Origin: Gemmatimonadota bacterium
GTDB lineage: Bacteria > Gemmatimonadota > Gemmatimonadetes > Palauibacterales > Palauibacteraceae
Assembly: GCA_963666735.1 (NCBI GenBank)
Contig: OY762926.1
Span: 352,001 to 416,000, forward strand
Direction: 5' to 3'
Length of the DNA: 64,000 bases
A model generated the notes under the pieces. The model was given only the letters and a program-made list of their open reading frames with translations, was not told where the DNA came from and made no database searches. This document shows, in pieces, positions 16,654 through 25,947 of the stretch. Positions within the stretch are counted from its first letter, which is position 1. Each line of letters opens with the position of its first letter. A program made the position numbers and the translations under genes.

Positions 16654-17918
16654 GAGTCGCGGTGGTCGGCGGCGGCATCATCGGGCTGTGTGCCGCCCAC
16701 TATCTGGAACGTCGCGGAGCCGAGGTCGTCCTCCTCGAGCGAGGCGAGGTCGGCGGCGGGTGCTCGAAGGGAAACGGCGGTTGGGTCTGTCCGTCGATCT
16801 CCCGCCCGCTGCCGGCGCCGGGGCTGACGCTCACTTCGCTGCGTTGGATGCTCCGCTCCGACAGCCCGCTCTACATCAAGCCGTCGGCCATGCCCGGGCT
16901 CATGGGCTGGCTGTGGGCCTTTCGTCGTCACTGTAATGCCGGGAGCTACGGGGCGGGGGTTGCCGCGCTCGCGGCCCTGAACGCGGCGACGGACCGGTTG
17001 TACCGCGGACTCGCGGATGAGGGCGTGGAGTTCGAACACGCCGAGCGCGGGACCATTCTCGCCTACGATGACGAGGGCGAACGCCGGCAGGCCGCGGAAT
17101 TGCTCACCAGGCTGGGCGAGGAGCGGGTCGGGCCGGTCGACTTGCTCGACCGCGAGGCTCTCAGGAAGGCGGAGCCGGACCTGGGCGGGAATTTGATCGG
17201 CTTGCGGATGCGCGGGGATACGCATGTGCGCCCCGAGTCGCTCTGTGCCGGGATTGCCGCGAGCGTGGAGGCCCGCGGCGTCGAGATCAGGACGGGAGTG
17301 CGTGTCGTCGGCTTCACGCGGGCCGGCCGTCGGCTCCGGGCCATGGTCGCCCGGAACCACGGAACCGGGGGAGCGGACGTCGGGAGGGCGGAGGAGATCG
17401 GTGCGGATGTCGTCGTGCTCGCCGCGGGGGCCGAGACGGCCGCCCTTGTGGCGACCCTTGGGCGGAAGCTCCCCGTGCAGGCGGGGAAGGGCTACAGCAT
17501 CACTGTCAGGAACGCGCGGGTCCGGCTCTCACAGCCTTTGCACGTGACGCCGGCAAGGATCGGCTTCACGCCATTTCGCGGGGCCGTGCGCACGATCGGG
17601 ACCATGGAGTTCTCCGGCATCAACCTGCGCCTCGACCGGCGCCGCGTCGCCATCCTGGAGCGGGCCGCGCGCCGCTTTCTGCCCGGCGCGCTCGATGGGG
17701 CCGAGCGCGTCGACTGGGTGGGCATGCGGCCGGTGACGCCGGACGGCCTGCCCGCGATCGGATGGCTGCCGGGTCTCCCCAACGTGTGCGTGGCCACGGG
17801 CCACCAGATGCTCGGCGTCACGCTGGCCCCCTCGACCGGCCATGCGCTCGCCCAACTCGTCCTCGATGGACGCTCGGAACTCGATCTCGCGCCCTTCGAT
17901 CCCGCGCGCTTCACGTGA
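16650..17918 (+). CDS. FAD-dependent D-amino acid dehydrogenase (DadA-like)
   Basis: VAVVGGGIIG, CSKGNGG, WVGMRPVTPDGLP and GH..LG.TLAP motifs; GTGA overlap with the sigma gene. Confidence 0.85.
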   Translation: MRVAVVGGGIIGLCAAHYLERRGAEVVLLERGEVGGGCSKGNGGWVCPSISRPLPAPGLTLTSLRWMLRSDSPLYIKPSAMPGLMGWLWAFRRHCNAGSYGAGVAALAALNAATDRLYRGLADEGVEFEHAERGTILAYDDEGERRQAAELLTRLGEERVGPVDLLDREALRKAEPDLGGNLIGLRMRGDTHVRPESLCAGIAASVEARGVEIRTGVRVVGFTRAGRRLRAMVARNHGTGGADVGRAEEIGADVVVLAAGAETAALVATLGRKLPVQAGKGYSITVRNARVRLSQPLHVTPARIGFTPFRGAVRTIGTMEFSGINLRLDRRRVAILERAARRFLPGALDGAERVDWVGMRPVTPDGLPAIGWLPGLPNVCVATGHQMLGVTLAPSTGHALAQLVLDGRSELDLAPFDPARFT

Positions 17919-18032
17919 TGTCGCCGGCCTCGAACCCCGCGTGACCGTGCCGATCCGCGATCCGGGTTGACCGTTCGGGTCGCGCCACGGACACTGTGGG
18001 CACGCGAATTCCCCGTACCGAAGGCCAGCCGA

Positions 18033-18710
18033 GTGAGCAAATTTGATGATCTGCGCGCCCACCTGCGGGCGATCCGCACGCTCACCAGGGGGGTGACGCA
18101 CGGTCTTCCGGTCCTTGAGGCCGCCGAGGATCCCTACGACCTCTTCGGCGACTGGTTCCGGGATGCCGAGGCGTCGGGGCTGCTTCTGCCGGAGTCGATG
18201 GCGCTCGCCACGGCGGCCGGCGAGGGGCGGCCCTCGGTGCGGATGGTCCTCCTGAAGGGATTCGATCCCGGCGGCTTCCGTTTCTACACCAACTACGGCA
18301 GTCGCAAGGCCACGGAACTGGATGACAATCCGCAGGCTTCGCTCTGTTTCCACTGGTCGGTGCTGGAGCGGCAGGTGCGCATTGAAGGGCGTGTCGAGCG
18401 CCTCTCCGCGGAGGACTCGGCGGCGTACTTCGCGACGCGCGACCGGGGGAGCCGGATCGGTGCCTGGGCTTCCGCCCAGAGCCGCCCGATCGCCGGCCGC
18501 GCCGGGCTCGAAGCTCAGGTGGCGGAGGCGGAGGCCCGGTTCGAAGGGAGGGACGTGCCGCTACCCGGCTTCTGGGGCGGATACGTCCTCGTGCCCGACC
18601 GGATCGAGTTCTGGCAGGGCCGGGCGAACCGGCTGCACGACCGTCTCGAATACACGCCGCGCCACACACCCCACGACGGAAGCTGGAAGATCGCCCGCCT
18701 CCAACCGTAG
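18033..18710 (+). CDS. pdxH: Pyridoxamine 5'-phosphate oxidase
   Basis: RMVLLKG, FYTNYGSRK, RQVRIEG and EFWQGRANRLHDR motifs. Confidence 0.95.
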   Translation: MSKFDDLRAHLRAIRTLTRGVTHGLPVLEAAEDPYDLFGDWFRDAEASGLLLPESMALATAAGEGRPSVRMVLLKGFDPGGFRFYTNYGSRKATELDDNPQASLCFHWSVLERQVRIEGRVERLSAEDSAAYFATRDRGSRIGAWASAQSRPIAGRAGLEAQVAEAEARFEGRDVPLPGFWGGYVLVPDRIEFWQGRANRLHDRLEYTPRHTPHDGSWKIARLQP

Positions 18711-18760
18711 TGATCCTCTCCAGCCGCGGGTCAGCGGCCTGGGGAGCACCGGTCGGGCCG

Positions 18761-20110
18761 CTACCCCAGGAGGCCGAGTCCGGCGAGCACGACGAGCCCC
18801 ACGGCGACCGGCACGAGGAAGCGCATGACCGGACCCCAGGCCGCGGTGACCCTGAAGCGCCCCGCCCCCTGGTTCGTCTCGGCGCGGTACCGTTCGAAGC
18901 CCCAGGCGAAGGCGACATAGAGGGAGATCGCGAGCCCGCCCACCGTGAGAAAGAGGTTCCCGGACACATAGTCGGCGAGTTCGAACAGACCGCGGCCTCC
19001 AAGCTGTACCGCGGCCCAGGGCCCGCCGCCGAGCGCGAGCGGGACTCCCGAGAGGAGGATGGCCCCGAGCACGGTCCAGAGCGATCGCCGGCGGCTCCAG
19101 CCCAGCGAGTCCATGGCGCTCGACGTGAGGGCTTCGAGCAGCGCGAGACACGAGGTGAGTCCCGCGATGAACACGAAGAAGAAGAAGAACGCCGCGGCCG
19201 CCTCGCCCGCCGGCAGGCGGCCGAAGAGACCCGCCATCGTGATGAAGAGGAGGCCCGCCCCCTGGTCGGGCTCCATGCCGAAGGCGAAGAGGGCGGGGAA
19301 CATGACGAACCCCGCGAGGACGGCGGCGAGCGTGTCGCAGGCCACGATGGAGGCGGCGCTCCCGGGGATGTCGCTGTGGCGCGGGTGCAGGTGGCTCCCG
19401 AACACGAACGCGCCCATCATCCCGACCCCGATGGAATAGAAGGCCTGGCCGAGCGCCGCGAGCCACGTCTCCGGACCGATGGCCGAGAAGTCGGGCGCGA
19501 GATACCAGCGGACGCCCTCCCACGCCCCGTCGAACCGGAGCGAGACGATCCCGAGTCCGATGAGGAAGAAGAAGAGGATGGGAATCAGGAGTCGCGCCGT
19601 ACGCTCGATCCCCCGCCGCAACCCTCGGGTGATGATGAGTCCCGCCAGCAGCATCACGGGGATCGTATGGGCGAGCACCTCTCCCGGGCGCGCGGTGAAG
19701 GCCGCGAACGACTCCGCCGCGGCCTGTACGCTTCCGGTGTCGTAACCCCCTCGGAAGGCACGGACGAAGTAGGCCGCGATCCAGCCCATGATGAGCTGGT
19801 AGTAGGACATGATGAGGAACGCGGCTCCCACGCCGAGCCAGGCGATCGCGCGGAACGGGCTTCGTCCCGCGAGCTTTCGCATCGCGGCCGGCGGCGTCGC
19901 CTGCGCGCGGCGCCCGAGGCTGATCTCGGCGGTGAACAGCGGAATCCCGATCAGGACCGCGAGCAGCACGTAGATGAGAAGGAACGCGCCTCCCCCGTTC
20001 TCGCCCGCCAGGTACGGAAACCTCCAGATGTTGCCGAGCCCCACCGAGAACCCGGTGGTGGCGAGAATGAAGCCCAGGGGGCTGCCCCAGCGTTCGCGCG
20101 GCGTACTCAT
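18761..20110 (-). CDS. Sodium-dependent transporter (NSS/SNF family)
   Basis: RERWGS..GFILA..G.SVGLGNIWRFPY..GENGGGAF; ALGQAFYS. Confidence 0.92.
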   Translation of the reverse strand: MSTPRERWGSPLGFILATTGFSVGLGNIWRFPYLAGENGGGAFLLIYVLLAVLIGIPLFTAEISLGRRAQATPPAAMRKLAGRSPFRAIAWLGVGAAFLIMSYYQLIMGWIAAYFVRAFRGGYDTGSVQAAAESFAAFTARPGEVLAHTIPVMLLAGLIITRGLRRGIERTARLLIPILFFFLIGLGIVSLRFDGAWEGVRWYLAPDFSAIGPETWLAALGQAFYSIGVGMMGAFVFGSHLHPRHSDIPGSAASIVACDTLAAVLAGFVMFPALFAFGMEPDQGAGLLFITMAGLFGRLPAGEAAAAFFFFFVFIAGLTSCLALLEALTSSAMDSLGWSRRRSLWTVLGAILLSGVPLALGGGPWAAVQLGGRGLFELADYVSGNLFLTVGGLAISLYVAFAWGFERYRAETNQGAGRFRVTAAWGPVMRFLVPVAVGLVVLAGLGLLG

Positions 20111-20192
20111 GTTCGAACAGTTGCCGGGGGACGCGGTTCCGTCCAGAGTAGGGCACCCGAGGGAGGTGTCGGATGCCCGATACGGGCCGTTC

Positions 20193-21824
20193 GTGAAATA
20201 CGATCTGCAGACGCTCCGCGGCGACCTCTTCGGAGGCGCCACGTCGGCGGTGGTCGCGCTCCCGGTGTCGCTCGCCTTCGGCGTCGCGTCGGGCCTCGGC
20301 GCCGTTGCCGGACTCTACGGCGCGATCGCCGTCGGCTTCTTCGCGGCCGTCTTCGGCGGCAACCGGTTCCAGATGTCCGGCCCCACCCCTTCCATGACCG
20401 TCGCCATGGCGGTCGTCGTGACCACGCATGCGTCCACGCTGAGCGAGGCCTTCACCGTGGTGGTGCTGGCGGGACTGATGCAGATCGCATTGGGTCTGTT
20501 GAAGACCGGCCGCTTCGTCGTCTACACACCGCACGCCGTCATCTCGGGGTTCATGTCCGGGATCGGCGTCATCGTCATGCTGATCCAGACGCTGCCGTTC
20601 CTTGGCGCCGCCCCCGCGGAGGGCGGTCCCATCGGCGCCATGCGGGCGCTGCCGGCGGCCGTGGCCAACATGAACGTGAGCGCGTTCGCCATCGGCGCGG
20701 TCACGCTCGCGGCCGGCATCCTCTGGCCTCGGCGGTGGTCACGCCTGCTGCCGGGTCCCCTTGTCGCCCTCCTCGTCGGAACGACGCTCGGCCTGTTCTG
20801 GCTGACCGACGTCCCCATCATCGGCGCCATCCCGACCGGCCTGCCGGAAATCCAGTTCGGTCTGCCATCCTTCGGTTTCTTGGCCCAGGCCTTTCATGCG
20901 GCACTCATCCTCGCCCTCCTCGGCTCGGTCGACAGCCTGCTTACGTCGCTCGTGGCCGACTCGCTGACCGGCACGCAGCACGACTCGAACCGCGAACTCG
21001 TCGGCCAGGGCATCGGCAATGTCGTCTCCGGCCTGTTCGGAGGGTTGCCGGGCGCGGGCGCGACGATGGGCACGGTCGTAAACATCCGCGCCGGCGGCCT
21101 CACGCGGATGTCCGGGGCTCTGCGCGCGATCTTCCTGCTGGGGGTTCTGCTGGGCCTGGGGCCGTTCCTGGAACCGATTCCGCACGCCGTGCTGGCCGGC
21201 ATCCTGATCAAGGTCGGGTGGGACATCATCGACTGGCCCCTTCTCGTCCGCATCCACCGCATCCGCCGCGACCAACTCTTCGTCATGGTGCTGACGCTCG
21301 GCCTGACCGTGTTCGTCGACCTCGTGACCGCCGTCGCGATCGGTCTCATCGTCGCGGGGATGGCTCACGCGCGGCAGTTGGAGACCCTCGAACTCGACAA
21401 CGTCCTCTCCGTACCGCTGCTGGATCGCACGTTCTTCGCCGGACTCGAGACCGCGGACGAGATGATGGCGGACGGAATGGGGGAATATTCGGCCAGGGTC
21501 GGCCTCGTGCAGCTTCGCGGCGCCTTCACGGTCGCCTCATCCCACAAGCTCGTTGGGGTCATCGGGAAGGACATCAGGGACCATGAGGTCGTCATTTTCG
21601 ATTTCTCCAGAGCGACGTACCTCGACGACAGCGCCGCGGTCCTCATCGGGCAGCTCCTGGCAGCGGCGGCGCAAGCGAATACCGACGTCGTCGTCGCGGA
21701 GGTTTCGGGCGCCGTAGCCAAGGTGTTCGAAGCCCTCGACATCCTGTCCGCCGTACCGGAGGACCAGGTCGTCGATACGACGGAAGAAGCGCGGGGCGTC
21801 GCCCTCGGCGTCCTGAATCGCTGA
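20193..21824 (+). CDS. SulP family anion transporter with STAS domain
   Basis: GDLFGG.T..VVALP..LAFG, SGPT, NRELVGQGIGN, and C-terminal FDFSRATYLDDSA; start 20166 or 20193. Confidence 0.9.
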   Translation: MKYDLQTLRGDLFGGATSAVVALPVSLAFGVASGLGAVAGLYGAIAVGFFAAVFGGNRFQMSGPTPSMTVAMAVVVTTHASTLSEAFTVVVLAGLMQIALGLLKTGRFVVYTPHAVISGFMSGIGVIVMLIQTLPFLGAAPAEGGPIGAMRALPAAVANMNVSAFAIGAVTLAAGILWPRRWSRLLPGPLVALLVGTTLGLFWLTDVPIIGAIPTGLPEIQFGLPSFGFLAQAFHAALILALLGSVDSLLTSLVADSLTGTQHDSNRELVGQGIGNVVSGLFGGLPGAGATMGTVVNIRAGGLTRMSGALRAIFLLGVLLGLGPFLEPIPHAVLAGILIKVGWDIIDWPLLVRIHRIRRDQLFVMVLTLGLTVFVDLVTAVAIGLIVAGMAHARQLETLELDNVLSVPLLDRTFFAGLETADEMMADGMGEYSARVGLVQLRGAFTVASSHKLVGVIGKDIRDHEVVIFDFSRATYLDDSAAVLIGQLLAAAAQANTDVVVAEVSGAVAKVFEALDILSAVPEDQVVDTTEEARGVALGVLNR

Positions 21825-22066
21825 GCGAAGATCTCCCTGCGGGCAGGAGGCGGCTTGCGCAAGACATGTGGCGGGACTTCAACGTGGCTTGCGGGCGCAC
21901 TCGGCGGGCACACTCATCAGGGACATCCCGGCCGGTCTCCCCGGGGGGGCGGGGCACGCCGGTTTGTCTGGCGACATCCCTCGCTGCGTCGCTAGCTTCT
22001 CTGCCGTCGGGGACTCCGGGTGTTCCCTTACGCGATGAGAAACGCGACCAATCCGAAGGGGGATCC

Positions 22067-25000
22067 ATGGTGCCCAAGAAGCCCTGCCTGCCAACGCTCA
22101 GTGCCCCGGCCGCGTTACTTCTCGGACTGGTCATTTCGGGCTGCTCGGAGAGGGACCTAGACTCGCTGGGACCCGCACCTTCTCCCAGCAGTGGAGAGGT
22201 CTACCTCGACGGTTTCTCCCCCGGCCTGGAGTACCACGCCTTCGGCGGCTCCAAGGTCGATGCGCTGGACATCGATGAGACCGGCGGCCGCGCCGGTACC
22301 CCCAGCCTGAAGTTCACGATTCCGCTGCCGAACGATCCCGCCGGCGGCTACGCGGGCGGCGTATTCGTCGGCAGGCCGCCCCGCGATCTTTCCGTCTTCA
22401 CCGCGCTCACTTTCTGGACCCGGGCGAGGCAGGCGGCCACGCTCAACACCGTGGGCTTCGGCAACGACAACAGCGGCAATTCCAGATTCCCCGCCGAAGC
22501 GGGAGATGTGACCGTGTCGACGACGTGGAGCAAGGTCATCCTCCCCATCCCGGACCCCTCGAAACTGAGCGGCGAAGGCGGTCTGTTCTACCTCGCCGAG
22601 GGGGCGGAAAACAACCAGGGCAACGAGATCTGGTTCGATGAGGTCCGGTTCGAGGACATCCGGACCATCGCCAACCCGAGGCCGGCCATCGCCAGCGCGG
22701 ACATCGCGGGCGAACCCGGCGGCACGGCTCAGGTGATGGGAACGCAGATCACCTACGACGTGGCCGGCGAGGACCGGGTGATGAAGGCGAGCCCGGCCTA
22801 CTTCAGCTTCGGTTCCTCGGATCCGGGCGTGGTCACGGTCGACGCCGACGGAAAAATGACGTTCATCGGGCTGGGCACGGCGACCGTGACCGCCTCCCTC
22901 GGTTCGGTGCGGGCCGCCGGGACCGTCACGGTGAACGTGGGCGCCGCACCCGATGGCGGCCCGCCGGCTCCGGCGCGGCCCGCCGAGAATGTGATTTCGC
23001 TCTTCAGCGACGTGTACGACGACGTCACGGTGGACACCTGGTCGGCCGAGTGGGATCAGGCGGACTTCGAGGATGTGCAGCTTGCCGGCGACAACGCCAA
23101 GAAGTACTCGAACCTCGCGTTCGCCGGGATCGAGTTCACTTCGGCGCCGGTCGACGCTTCCGACATGAGCCATTTCCACTTCGATCTGTGGACTGGCGAT
23201 GAGACGGCGCCGCCGGCCGCGTTCAGGGTGAAACTCGTGGACTTCGGAGCCGACGGCTCGTTCGGCGGTGACGACGACAGCGAGCACGAGATCACGCTGA
23301 CCGCGGAATCGGGTCTCGCATCGCGAACATGGGTGAGTTTCGATGTGCCGTTGACGGACTTTGCGGGCTTGAGGGCCAGATCCAGCCTGGCGCAGCTCAT
23401 CATCTCGGGCGATCCGAACACGATCTATCTCGACAACATCTACTTCTGGGGCGAGGGCGCGCCTCCGCCCCCGCCTCCACCGCCGCCGGGCGCGATGGCG
23501 CCGGAGGAGCCGGCTCCGGCTCCCGAGCGTTCCGCGGATGACGTGATCTCCTTGTTCAGCGACGCCTACGAGGACGTGACGGTGGACACCTGGTCGGCGG
23601 AGTGGGACCAGGCGGATGTCGAGGACATCCAGGTGGCGGGCGACAACGTGAAGAAGTACTCGAACCTCGTGTTCGCGGGGATCGAGTTCACGTCGGCGCC
23701 GGTCGACGCCTCGGCGATGACGCACTTCCACCTGGATGTGTGGACGCCGGACCCGACGGCGGATCCGGCCGCCCTCAGGGTGAAGCTGGTCGACTTCGGC
23801 CCGAACGGGGTGCACGACGGCGGCGGAGACGACAGCGAACACGAGCTGTCGCTCACGGCAGCCTCGACGACGCCGTTGGCGACGGGGATGTGGCTGAGCT
23901 ACGACCTCGCGTTCGAGGAGATGTCGGGCCTCGCGGCGCGGGCGAGTCTCGCTCAGCTGATCATCTCGGGCGACCCGAACACGATCTTCGTCGACAACGT
24001 CTACTTCTGGGGCGAGAGCGCCCCGGCCCCGTCCGAGCCGCCGGTGGCGGCGCCGACGCCGAGCGTCGCGGCGGGCGACGTGATTTCGTTGTTCAGCGAC
24101 GCCTACGAGGACGTGACGGTGGACACCTGGTCGGCGGAGTGGGACCAGGCGGATGTCGAGGACATCCAGGTGGCGGGCGACAACGTGAAGAAGTACTCGA
24201 GCCTCGCGTTCGCGGGGATCGAGTTTACGTCGGCGCCGGTCGACGCCTCGGCGATGACGCACTTCCACCTGGACGTGTGGACGCCGGACCCGACGGCGGA
24301 TCCGGCCGCGTTCAGGGTGAAGCTGGTCGACTTCGGCCCGAACGGGGTGCACGACGGCGGCGGAGACGACAGCGAACACGAACTGTCGCTCACGGCAGCC
24401 TCGACGCCGCCGTTGGCGACGGGGATGTGGCTGAGCTACGACCTCGCGTTCGAGGAGATGTCGGGCCTCGCGGCGCGGGCGAGTCTGGCTCAGCTGATCA
24501 TCTCGGGCGACCCGAACACGATCTTCGTCGACAACGTCTACTTCTGGGGCGAGCGCGCCCCGGCCCCGTCCGAGCCGCCGGTGGCGGCGCCGACGCCGAG
24601 CGTCGCGGCGGGCGACGTGATTTCGTTGTTCAGCGACGCCTACGAGGACGTGGCTGTGGACACCTGGTCGGCGGATTGGGACCAGGGAGACGTCGCGGAT
24701 GTCGAGGTCGACGGGAATGCGGCGAAAATGTACTCGAACGTCGCCTTCGTGGGTGTGGAGTTCACATCGGCGCCGGTCGATGCCTCCGAGATGACCCACT
24801 TCCATATCGACCTCTGGACGGCGGACGAGACGGCCGATCCGGCGGCGTTCCGGGTCAAGCTGGTCGACTTCGGGGCCAACGGCGTGCATGACGGCGGGGG
24901 CGATGACAGCGAGCACGAGCTGTCGCTCACTGCGACCTCCGACCCGCCGCTGGCGACGGGGGTTTGGCTGAGCTACGACATCCCGCTGGCCGACTTCTCC

Positions 25001-25096
25001 GGTCTCGCCGAGACGGGCCATCTGGCGCAGCTGATCTTCTCGGGCGATCTGGGGGCCTTCTGGATCGACAACGTCTACTTCCGTCGCGACCAATGA
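22067..25096 (+). CDS. Multidomain lipoprotein: beta-sandwich domain, Ig-like (Big_2) domain and four putative glycan-binding repeats
   Basis: Lipobox ISGC; SSDPGVVTVDADG..T..G.GTATVTA Ig motif; four AP.P....DVISLFSD.Y...THFH.D.WT...VKLVDFG...DN.YF units separated by Pro-rich linkers; adjacent to GH16. Confidence 0.8.
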   Translation: MVPKKPCLPTLSAPAALLLGLVISGCSERDLDSLGPAPSPSSGEVYLDGFSPGLEYHAFGGSKVDALDIDETGGRAGTPSLKFTIPLPNDPAGGYAGGVFVGRPPRDLSVFTALTFWTRARQAATLNTVGFGNDNSGNSRFPAEAGDVTVSTTWSKVILPIPDPSKLSGEGGLFYLAEGAENNQGNEIWFDEVRFEDIRTIANPRPAIASADIAGEPGGTAQVMGTQITYDVAGEDRVMKASPAYFSFGSSDPGVVTVDADGKMTFIGLGTATVTASLGSVRAAGTVTVNVGAAPDGGPPAPARPAENVISLFSDVYDDVTVDTWSAEWDQADFEDVQLAGDNAKKYSNLAFAGIEFTSAPVDASDMSHFHFDLWTGDETAPPAAFRVKLVDFGADGSFGGDDDSEHEITLTAESGLASRTWVSFDVPLTDFAGLRARSSLAQLIISGDPNTIYLDNIYFWGEGAPPPPPPPPPGAMAPEEPAPAPERSADDVISLFSDAYEDVTVDTWSAEWDQADVEDIQVAGDNVKKYSNLVFAGIEFTSAPVDASAMTHFHLDVWTPDPTADPAALRVKLVDFGPNGVHDGGGDDSEHELSLTAASTTPLATGMWLSYDLAFEEMSGLAARASLAQLIISGDPNTIFVDNVYFWGESAPAPSEPPVAAPTPSVAAGDVISLFSDAYEDVTVDTWSAEWDQADVEDIQVAGDNVKKYSSLAFAGIEFTSAPVDASAMTHFHLDVWTPDPTADPAAFRVKLVDFGPNGVHDGGGDDSEHELSLTAASTPPLATGMWLSYDLAFEEMSGLAARASLAQLIISGDPNTIFVDNVYFWGERAPAPSEPPVAAPTPSVAAGDVISLFSDAYEDVAVDTWSADWDQGDVADVEVDGNAAKMYSNVAFVGVEFTSAPVDASEMTHFHIDLWTADETADPAAFRVKLVDFGANGVHDGGGDDSEHELSLTATSDPPLATGVWLSYDIPLADFSGLAETGHLAQLIFSGDLGAFWIDNVYFRRDQ
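22946..25081 (+). repeat. Four intragenic domain repeats (spacing 552, 537, 537 bp)
   Basis: GACGT(C/G)(ACG/GCT)GTGGACACCTGGTCGGC anchor at 23021, 23573, 24110 and 24647; copies 2 and 3 are nearly identical in DNA. Confidence 0.95.
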
Positions 25097-25947
25097 GCGG
25101 CGTGTGCGCGGTGACTCGGTTCGGATCCATCGCGAGAGCCTGTTCCGGAATGGGGCCGCTGGCGGCCCTGGTCGTCATCTCGGCGGGGTGCGGCGGCGAG
25201 GAGGAGCCCACGGCCCCGAGCCCGGCGCAGCTGATTTGGGAGGATGAATTCGATGGGCCGGCCGGCCAGTTGCCGGACCCGTCGCGCTGGGCGTTCGACA
25301 TCGGCACCGATTGGGGAAACCGGCAACTCGAGTTCGACACGGACCGTCCCGAAAACGTCTCCCTCGATGGGAACGGGAACCTGGCCATCACCGCTCGTCG
25401 CGAGGCTTTCAGCGGCAGTCAGTTCACGTCGGGCCGGATCAAGACCCAGCGGCTCTTCGAACAGGCCTATGGGCGTTTCGAGGCCCGCATCGACCTCCCC
25501 GCGGGCCGGGGCATCTGGCCCGCCTTCTGGCTGTTGGGCGCCGACATCGACACGGTCGGCTGGCCGGAGTGTGGCGAGATCGACGTGATGGAGTTCCGGG
25601 GGCAGGAACCGTCGGTCGTCCATGGCAGCCTGCACGGGCCGGGCTACTCGGCCGGCAACGCCGTGACGGCGCGCTACGCGCTGAACAACGACCGCTTCGA
25701 CACGGGCTTTCACACCTTCGCCGTCGAGTGGACCGAAGACCGGATCGAGTGGTTCGTGGACGGAGAGCGCTACCAGTCGGTCGGGCGTGACGACGTGCCG
25801 GGGCGCTGGGCCTACGACCACCCCTTCTTCATCATCCTGAATGTGGCGGTGGGCGGCGGCTTCGTCGGCCCGCCGGGCGAAGGCACGACCTTCCCGCAGA
25901 CGATGCTCGTCGACTGGGTGCGCGTCTACGGAATCGACGACTCGTGA
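25093..25947 (+). CDS. GH16 beta-1,3-glucanase (laminarinase-like) lipoprotein
   Basis: WEDEFDG, GIWPAFWLLG, catalytic GEIDVME, NVAVGG and VDWVRVY motifs; SAGC lipobox; ATGA overlap. Confidence 0.92.
   Translation: MSGVCAVTRFGSIARACSGMGPLAALVVISAGCGGEEEPTAPSPAQLIWEDEFDGPAGQLPDPSRWAFDIGTDWGNRQLEFDTDRPENVSLDGNGNLAITARREAFSGSQFTSGRIKTQRLFEQAYGRFEARIDLPAGRGIWPAFWLLGADIDTVGWPECGEIDVMEFRGQEPSVVHGSLHGPGYSAGNAVTARYALNNDRFDTGFHTFAVEWTEDRIEWFVDGERYQSVGRDDVPGRWAYDHPFFIILNVAVGGGFVGPPGEGTTFPQTMLVDWVRVYGIDDS

Noticed and set aside
18710..21586. 958-aa plus-strand ORF
   Set aside because: Antisense to the NSS gene and off-frame to SulP; no domain features
23540..24670. Long direct repeats as CRISPR or mobile element
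   Set aside because: 537-bp in-frame coding repeats, with no spacers and no cas or transposase genes
22157..25093. 978-aa repetitive minus-strand ORF
   Set aside because: Mirror of the repeat lipoprotein
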